Part shown: positions 58,326 through 64,000 of the stretch, one piece after another
How the letters are laid out: every line of letters starts with the position of its first letter
How positions within the stretch are numbered: the first letter of the stretch is position 1
From: Bacteroidales bacterium UBA5433
Lineage (GTDB): Bacteria; Bacteroidota; Bacteroidia; Bacteroidales; UBA932
NCBI GenBank assembly: GCA_002427525.1
Contig: DIRP01000002.1
Coordinates: 16,997 to 80,996 of the forward strand
Reading direction: 5' to 3'
DNA: 64,000 nucleotides
The notes under the pieces: generated by a model
What the model was told of the DNA's origin: nothing
The model's input: only the letters and a program-made list of their open reading frames with translations
Databases searched by the model: none
Translations under genes and position numbers: made by a program

Positions 58326-59416
58326 TCAATAATCTTTTTTTTTCTTAATAAGCCGTATCCAATACGTTTATTATTTCTTCTTTCTTTTATTTCTTCCAGG
58401 GTCTCAAGATCCCCACGAACGGGCATCTCGTTTCCGGCAGCACTCTCCAGGAATTTCCATGCATAGGCAGAAGCAATGGCCGCGTCTTCTACTTTGGGAA
58501 GGGATGGATCACGTCGCCCTTCTGTTAGCGAACGGGCAAACAGGTGGAGCAAAATATCCAGGTTTTTATCTCCAAATGGTTTTTTTACCACCTGAGTTTT
58601 AGAAACTCCGTGCAACTCTACGGTTGCCGTAATGTAGTTGTGGCTCATTCTGGCAATCCCCTTTGTGCCAATAAGATCTACATATCCATTATGCGTCAGA
58701 TCTTTGGCAAGCTGCCCGTAAACGTGTCCCTGAGTTACGTCAAATACAATCCCGTTTTCAAAAGTACCGTGTACTTGCAACCACCAGGGTTCTTGGTAAT
58801 TCCACATCTTGATGCCCTGTGCATTCCAGGTTTTAAATTCACTTTGGGCATACCAGCGGGCAATGTCTACGTAATGCAGGCCGCAATCATGAAATAAAGG
58901 ACCTTCAGCCCAATGTCCTTCACCCGGGGCCAGTCCGGGAGTCATATGACACACCCTTATGATGGCAAGGTCTCCAATCTGTCCTGAATCAATAAATTCT
59001 TTAATGACTTTATGGTACCACGCATTTCTCAGTGGCAGGTTAACAGTAACCAGAATTTCACTGTTCTTTACCATTTCCAGCACTGCATTTTCTTCTTCAA
59101 TACTTGCTCCTATAGGTTTTTCTGTAATCACATGCTTTGCGTATTCCACAGCTTTGAAAAGATGGTCTTTCCGTGCATCTGCCAGGGTAGACAAGATAAC
59201 TACATCAATATCCTGTGAGCCGAAGATATCCATTTCATTCTCTGTCAGGAGTGTTCCTGCAGGTGCCTGGCGGGATGCTATTTGCAAAGCCTCCGGATCT
59301 ATATCACAAATAGCACGGATTTCCCAAAGCGGGCTTTTCATGATTTCCTTCAGGTATATTTCCCCCATGCGTCCGAAACCAACAATACCGGCTTTGATCT
59401 TTGGATACTCTTTCAT
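58322..59416 (-). CDS. Gfo/Idh/MocA-family oxidoreductase
   Basis: GIVGFGRMG, EKP, DCGLHYVD. Confidence 0.9.
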   Translation of the reverse strand: MKEYPKIKAGIVGFGRMGEIYLKEIMKSPLWEIRAICDIDPEALQIASRQAPAGTLLTENEMDIFGSQDIDVVILSTLADARKDHLFKAVEYAKHVITEKPIGASIEEENAVLEMVKNSEILVTVNLPLRNAWYHKVIKEFIDSGQIGDLAIIRVCHMTPGLAPGEGHWAEGPLFHDCGLHYVDIARWYAQSEFKTWNAQGIKMWNYQEPWWLQVHGTFENGIVFDVTQGHVYGQLAKDLTHNGYVDLIGTKGIARMSHNYITATVELHGVSKTQVVKKPFGDKNLDILLHLFARSLTEGRRDPSLPKVEDAAIASAYAWKFLESAAGNEMPVRGDLETLEEIKERRNNKRIGYGLLRKKKIIE

Positions 59417-59443
59417 ACAACAATGATAAATACTATGAATCTA

Positions 59444-59484
59444 CAAATATACGCATCTTTTCTGTGCAAATCTTGCTATTTTTG
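59444..59484. promoter_or_regulatory. Divergent -7 promoter boxes
   Basis: TATATTTG on minus (59451-59444) and TATTTTTG on plus (59477-59484). Confidence 0.55.
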
Positions 59485-59504
59485 CGAACAAAATACATTC
59501 AATT

Positions 59505-60422
59505 ATGGTCAAACGCATCTTGCTTCTTATTTTTCTGTGGACATGTTTTACACCCACATCGGCAACTCCTCGTGTGGAAGACAAAGCCGGTAATTCCCGG
59601 GAAAAAGATTCTCTGTCTTTTGTAAATGCACAATGGATTACAACCTCATATCATAAAGGAGGTATTAAGCTTAGGCAAGCAGCATTTAGCGACAGCTCCC
59701 TGTTTAACTCAAATCAGTTTATTTCGGTACTGGAGATCAGTTCTTCTTTCCGTTTTGACATAGTTGCAGATACTGTACTGGTTCATACAAGCGATTTTGT
59801 TGACTATGCGGGAGCATTGGCCGGAATAAACGGATCTTTTTTCGTGTGGTTTGCTCCTTGGAAATCAGATAATTACCTTAGAATAGACGGAAAAGAACTA
59901 GCACCAAACCAGACCACAAAAGAAGGGTTGCGGTCCTTCAGGCAATCCGGCTGCCTAGGTGTCTCCCCCAAAGGGAGGTTGTTGATTTTTAAAGTACCGG
60001 ACCACGTGCTGCCTACACAGGACAACGACCTGTGGGAAAAGAATACAGCATCGGAAGACCTGTTATCAAGCGGACCTGTACTCAGAATGAAAGGGAAAGA
60101 CGAGCCGGTTCTTCACCATTCTTTCAACACCACACGGCATCCCAGATCAGCTGTAGGTATAAGGAAAGGTGGCAAAGTGCTGCTGGTTGTGGCAGACGGG
60201 AGACACAAAGAAGCAGCCGGAGTGAGCATGGCAGAATTGCAACATATCATGCGCTGGCTTAAAGCATGGGATGCCATAAACCTGGACGGTGGCGGTTCCT
60301 CTACGCTTTGTGTTCGCAAAACAACACGTGATTCTGTAGAAATAGTCAACCACCCGTCAGACAACAAATTGTTTGACACAAAAGGTGAAAGACGGGTTGC
60401 CAATGCTCTTGTGGTAAAATAG
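59505..60422 (+). CDS. Phosphodiester glycosidase (NAGPA/DUF2233) family protein
   Basis: INGSFF, GP.L, RHPRSAVG, DGR, AINLDGGGSS, R.VANAL. Confidence 0.88.
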   Translation: MVKRILLLIFLWTCFTPTSATPRVEDKAGNSREKDSLSFVNAQWITTSYHKGGIKLRQAAFSDSSLFNSNQFISVLEISSSFRFDIVADTVLVHTSDFVDYAGALAGINGSFFVWFAPWKSDNYLRIDGKELAPNQTTKEGLRSFRQSGCLGVSPKGRLLIFKVPDHVLPTQDNDLWEKNTASEDLLSSGPVLRMKGKDEPVLHHSFNTTRHPRSAVGIRKGGKVLLVVADGRHKEAAGVSMAELQHIMRWLKAWDAINLDGGGSSTLCVRKTTRDSVEIVNHPSDNKLFDTKGERRVANALVVK

Positions 60423-60427
60423 ATTTT

Positions 60428-61738
60428 TTACACACCTGTTAATCCGTTTGTCCTTTTGTCTACGAGTTTTACCGCTTTTCGTGCTTTTTCATTGTATACT
60501 TCTGCTTTCAGGACTGCGTCAGACACAATTTCAACTTCCGGTGCAACACGCACTTTGGCACGGAACTTATCTTTTACTGCTTTAGTGATATCTTCGGGCA
60601 AATCGTTGGTATTTGTAAGCGATACCCGCACCAGAATATCGTCTGTTCCCAGTATGTTGTTGAGCAAAACAACCTGGTAGCAACTTACAAAAGGAATATC
60701 TTCCAACACATCAAATAGAGAAGGCGGATACAAAGTTGTTCCTTTGAATTTAATCATTTGATTTTTTCTTCCCAACAGAGGACTTATTCTCATGGTTTTT
60801 CTTCCGCATGCACAAGGTTCGTAATGGAAACGTACCAGATCGCCTGTACGGAAACGCAACAAAGGCATACCTTCAAGTCCAATATTGGTAACAACCAGTT
60901 CACCAACTTCACCTTCAGGTACTACACGGTCGTTGTCGTCAACCAATTCGCAAATGACCAGTTCCGGCAAGTGGTGGCCTCCTTTGCCGTACGGGCATTC
61001 ACAAAATGTAGCACCTAGTTCAGTTGAAGCATATGTAGAAATTAATTCAATATCCCATGCCTCCCGGATGTGTTTTCCCAGAATGTTCAAAGAAAAATCC
61101 TGATTTCGCAGGTTCTCTCCAATACAAACTGCTTTTTTAACACTGGAATTCTGATAATCAATGTCATGCTCCTGTGCATATTCTACCAATTTTAATATGA
61201 ACGAAGGAACACATATGATGGTATCCGGTTTCATTCTTTGAATGGTGTCCCACTGCAATTCGGGTATCCCGTTACCAACACGGATAATACCGGCTCCCAG
61301 TTTTCGAATACCTAAAAAATAGGCAAGACCTGCCACAAACCGCTTATCCATGGTGGTCATCAACTGAACCAGGTCTCCCGGTTTTGTTCCTGCACAGGCA
61401 AAAGATTCTTTTTCATTGTATGCCAATCTGTCCAGGTCCTTATCAGTTAGGGCATACGTGGCCGGGTCACTCAGGGTTCCCGAGGTTGTTACGTAGTCAA
61501 CCAGCTGACTCTTAGGAACACATAAAAAATCTTCGTTGTATTGCTGCAGGTCGCTTTTCTTTGTAAAGGGGATATACTGTAAGTCTTCAAGGGTACGGAT
61601 CTTTCTTATATCAACCCCTTCCTTGTTAAACATATTTTTATAAAAGGGTGACCTGTCGTTCAGATAGGAAATCTCTTTGCGCAGGAGGCTTTCCTGAAAC
61701 TGTTTGATTTCTTTTGTAGAAGTATATTTGATATCCAT
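60428..61738 (-). CDS. Phenylacetate-CoA ligase-like (PaaK family) AMP-forming ligase
   Basis: IPFTKK, TTSGT, STYASTE, GELVVT, PLLRFRTGD, KGTTLYP. Confidence 0.85.
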   Translation of the reverse strand: MDIKYTSTKEIKQFQESLLRKEISYLNDRSPFYKNMFNKEGVDIRKIRTLEDLQYIPFTKKSDLQQYNEDFLCVPKSQLVDYVTTSGTLSDPATYALTDKDLDRLAYNEKESFACAGTKPGDLVQLMTTMDKRFVAGLAYFLGIRKLGAGIIRVGNGIPELQWDTIQRMKPDTIICVPSFILKLVEYAQEHDIDYQNSSVKKAVCIGENLRNQDFSLNILGKHIREAWDIELISTYASTELGATFCECPYGKGGHHLPELVICELVDDNDRVVPEGEVGELVVTNIGLEGMPLLRFRTGDLVRFHYEPCACGRKTMRISPLLGRKNQMIKFKGTTLYPPSLFDVLEDIPFVSCYQVVLLNNILGTDDILVRVSLTNTNDLPEDITKAVKDKFRAKVRVAPEVEIVSDAVLKAEVYNEKARKAVKLVDKRTNGLTGV

Positions 61739-61750
61739 AACAAGCAAATA

Positions 61751-62605
61751 TTAATTAAAATCGTTATTTTTCATCCATTGCAGAAAATCTGCCATCCAGT
61801 TCGCTGCTGTTTTATTTTTCCCGTTTGGCTCGTAACCAAAACCGTGTCCCCCAGCTTCAAACACATGAAATGTATGGGGAATTCCTTTTTCCAGGAGTGC
61901 TTCATTATACCGGTAGCTGTTTTCCGGGTTTACAACCGGATCGTCCTGACATGCCATAAGGAATACCGGTGGCATGTCGTCCCGTACATTTTTTTCTAAC
62001 GACATATACTGCCTTAGCGAGAGAGGCAGGTCCGATGGCAGCAAATTGTTCCTGGATTTTTTGTGTACAATTTCGTCCATCATGCTAATGACCGGATAAA
62101 TCATACCTACAAAGGCAGGTTTCAGCGACATAGAAGGAACAAGTCCGTACTTTACCAGATGGTTGTCATCAAAGTACGTTCCCATCCAGCCTGCCAGATG
62201 TCCTCCGGCTGAAAATCCAAGTACACCAATTTTATGGGGATCAACTCCGTACTCTTCTGCATGTTCCTGAATCCACATGACGGCCCGCTGGATATCTTCC
62301 ATCATAACCGGGTAGGAGTGTCCGTACATTCTGGTGCTGTACCTCAGCACAAAAGAGTTGTAGCCGTTTTGTGAAAGAAAACGCGCCACCGCGTGCCCTT
62401 CCTGACGGATACCCAGATGACGGTAACTGCCTCCCGGAAGTATAATAATACTTACCCCAGAATTGTCTTTCCCCGCCTGGTAATGCCACATACGCACCCG
62501 GCTTACGGGTCGGATGCCTTTCCAGGGGCGGATGATTTGTTGGGCAAAGGCATTTATTGAAAAAAGGATGAGGAACAGAAATAGCAGTAAGTGTTTACTC
62601 TTCAT
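61751..62605 (-). CDS. Alpha/beta hydrolase (esterase)
   Basis: Signal peptide, PGGSY, GFSAGG nucleophile elbow, DDPVV, GGHGF. Confidence 0.88.
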   Translation of the reverse strand: MKSKHLLLFLFLILFSINAFAQQIIRPWKGIRPVSRVRMWHYQAGKDNSGVSIIILPGGSYRHLGIRQEGHAVARFLSQNGYNSFVLRYSTRMYGHSYPVMMEDIQRAVMWIQEHAEEYGVDPHKIGVLGFSAGGHLAGWMGTYFDDNHLVKYGLVPSMSLKPAFVGMIYPVISMMDEIVHKKSRNNLLPSDLPLSLRQYMSLEKNVRDDMPPVFLMACQDDPVVNPENSYRYNEALLEKGIPHTFHVFEAGGHGFGYEPNGKNKTAANWMADFLQWMKNNDFN

Positions 62606-62975
62606 GAAAAATGAGTTCTTTTATCTGAGTGTCTGTTAATTTTTCATACACAGGGTTGAGCAGTTCTCCGTCTTTATTTTCAAAAGTAACACGAAAATAC
62701 TCTTCCTGAAAAAAAGAAAGACGCGAGTGTGTGTCGGGGTTGCATTCAATATAAATTACCTTATCGGGGTCCAGGTCTTTGGCTTCACAGATTTGTTTTA
62801 ACAAAAGCCCCCCGGCATACGTTACGGAAGACCCGGGATTGTGGTTGTACAATTCTGTAGCTACCACAACAGGAGTGCCCTTGTGGTCCAGAATCTTCAA
62901 GCCACACTTTGAGGGGACATCCCATTTCCCTTTAAACTCAAATACTTCGTCAAAATGTTTGTGTTGAACTTCCAT
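62595..62975 (-). CDS. Hypothetical protein (126 aa)
   Basis: Tightly coupled to both neighbours (4-bp gap and 11-bp overlap); globular-looking; family not recognised. Confidence 0.7.
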   Translation of the reverse strand: MEVQHKHFDEVFEFKGKWDVPSKCGLKILDHKGTPVVVATELYNHNPGSSVTYAGGLLLKQICEAKDLDPDKVIYIECNPDTHSRLSFFQEEYFRVTFENKDGELLNPVYEKLTDTQIKELIFHEE

Positions 62976-62979
62976 CTTA

Positions 62980-63999
62980 TCAATTACTTCCTATGGTACG
63001 TATAACATCTTTACCAAAAGACTTGTTCATGAGTTTACGATTACGGGGTTTCCATGTTCCGTCTTCCATTTCACGTTTCATGACCCTTGTAAACAGTTTG
63101 GTCATTTTTAGTTCCTGTGATTCGTCTTTATAGAAGGAACTCCAGGCATATTCATACAATTCCTGCAATTTTTCTGCTGTGACTTGTGCAGGTTTGTACA
63201 CAACCTGTCCGGCGTTGTAGTGATCCCAATCGTAGTCCGTAATACGCCCTTTTCTCATAAGGTCATCGAAAGCTTTTGTATGCGGGAAAGGGGTGAGAAT
63301 CGTAAATTCTGCCAGGTCCAGGTCAATTTCCAGCAGAAAATCAATCAGGCGGCGCATGTCATCTTCCGATTGGTTATCAAGCCCCAGAAGGATTGTTCCT
63401 TCTACGCCAATTCCATAGTCGTGGTACCTTTTAATCCTTTCTTTGATATAATCCGAGGTGTCAAAAACGGCTTGATACACATACCAGGCACCGGCTTGTG
63501 CAGCCAGGTCCAGGATTTTGGGGTCGTCTTCAATAGTATGGCTGACCCACTTCTTTTTCAATGGTATAATTTCTTTGAAAAGCTGTATTTCCCATTCCTT
63601 GTCCTGCGCCAGTGAATTGTCAACAATAAACAGCCGGTTGTTATCGATACCTGCCATTTCTTCAATGACTTTATCGTAAGGACGGGGTCTGAAAGACCGG
63701 CCTCCCAGGTAAGAAACAGCACACGGATAGCAGTTAAAACGGCAACCGCGTGAAGCGTGGAACAAATCTACCATCTGCACACCTTTGTGGTTGTACAATT
63801 CCCTTTTGTACAAATCCCTTCTGGCAGGACCCACTATTCCAATGGGCGGATGTTGGCCCATATAGTTATATACTTTTTTCAATTTTCCGTTCTCCCAATC
63901 GGCAATAACCTCTTCCATACGTCCTTCCGCCTCTCCAAGGAAGATGGCATCTGCATGCTCCAGTGTTTCTTCTGCATGAAGCATGGTAGAAATGCCTCC
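62980..63999 (-). CDS. B12-binding-domain radical SAM protein, 5'-truncated by the window edge
   Basis: Frame is open to the edge (GGISTM...). GEAE, SRGCRFNCYPC (CxxxCxxC), VDN, LTPFPHT. Confidence 0.88.
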   Translation of the reverse strand, partial: GGISTMLHAEETLEHADAIFLGEAEGRMEEVIADWENGKLKKVYNYMGQHPPIGIVGPARRDLYKRELYNHKGVQMVDLFHASRGCRFNCYPCAVSYLGGRSFRPRPYDKVIEEMAGIDNNRLFIVDNSLAQDKEWEIQLFKEIIPLKKKWVSHTIEDDPKILDLAAQAGAWYVYQAVFDTSDYIKERIKRYHDYGIGVEGTILLGLDNQSEDDMRRLIDFLLEIDLDLAEFTILTPFPHTKAFDDLMRKGRITDYDWDHYNAGQVVYKPAQVTAEKLQELYEYAWSSFYKDESQELKMTKLFTRVMKREMEDGTWKPRNRKLMNKSFGKDVIRTIGSN

Positions 64000-64000
64000 A

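Overview
A 64-kb, gene-dense chromosomal segment from an anaerobic Bacteroidota organism, probably Bacteroidales. This is supported by repeated TAnnTTTG promoter boxes, AT-rich leaders without Shine-Dalgarno sites, and Bacteroidetes-type TonB-receptor, DUF4249 and DUF2807 genes. From left to right it holds: (1) a tungsten locus (WtpA-type ABC transporter, a duplicated molybdopterin-oxidoreductase-fold lipoprotein, thiS/thiF, an AOR-family oxidoreductase); (2) htpG, a large amidase/Fn3 protein, an ECF sigma/anti-sigma/2xGIN module, peptidases and pyrD; (3) an XRE-HTH gene beside a ~510-bp AT-rich intergenic region with DnaA boxes flanked by arrays of a TTACAnnTGTAA palindrome; (4) queA and a K+/H+ antiporter; (5) a complete lysine-fermentation operon in which the aminotransferase Kat replaces the usual Kal and a thiolase ends the operon; (6) an acyl-CoA ligase, queH, an RND efflux system and a TonB-receptor module; (7) a peptidoglycan/MurNAc salvage operon (GT2, SpoIID, AmpG, NamZ, GH18, AmgK-RapZ fusion, MurU); (8) oxidoreductases and the end of a B12-radical-SAM/CoA-ligase cluster. 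I saw no rRNA, tRNA, CRISPR array or transposase. All calls come from motif recognition by eye; no database searches were run.
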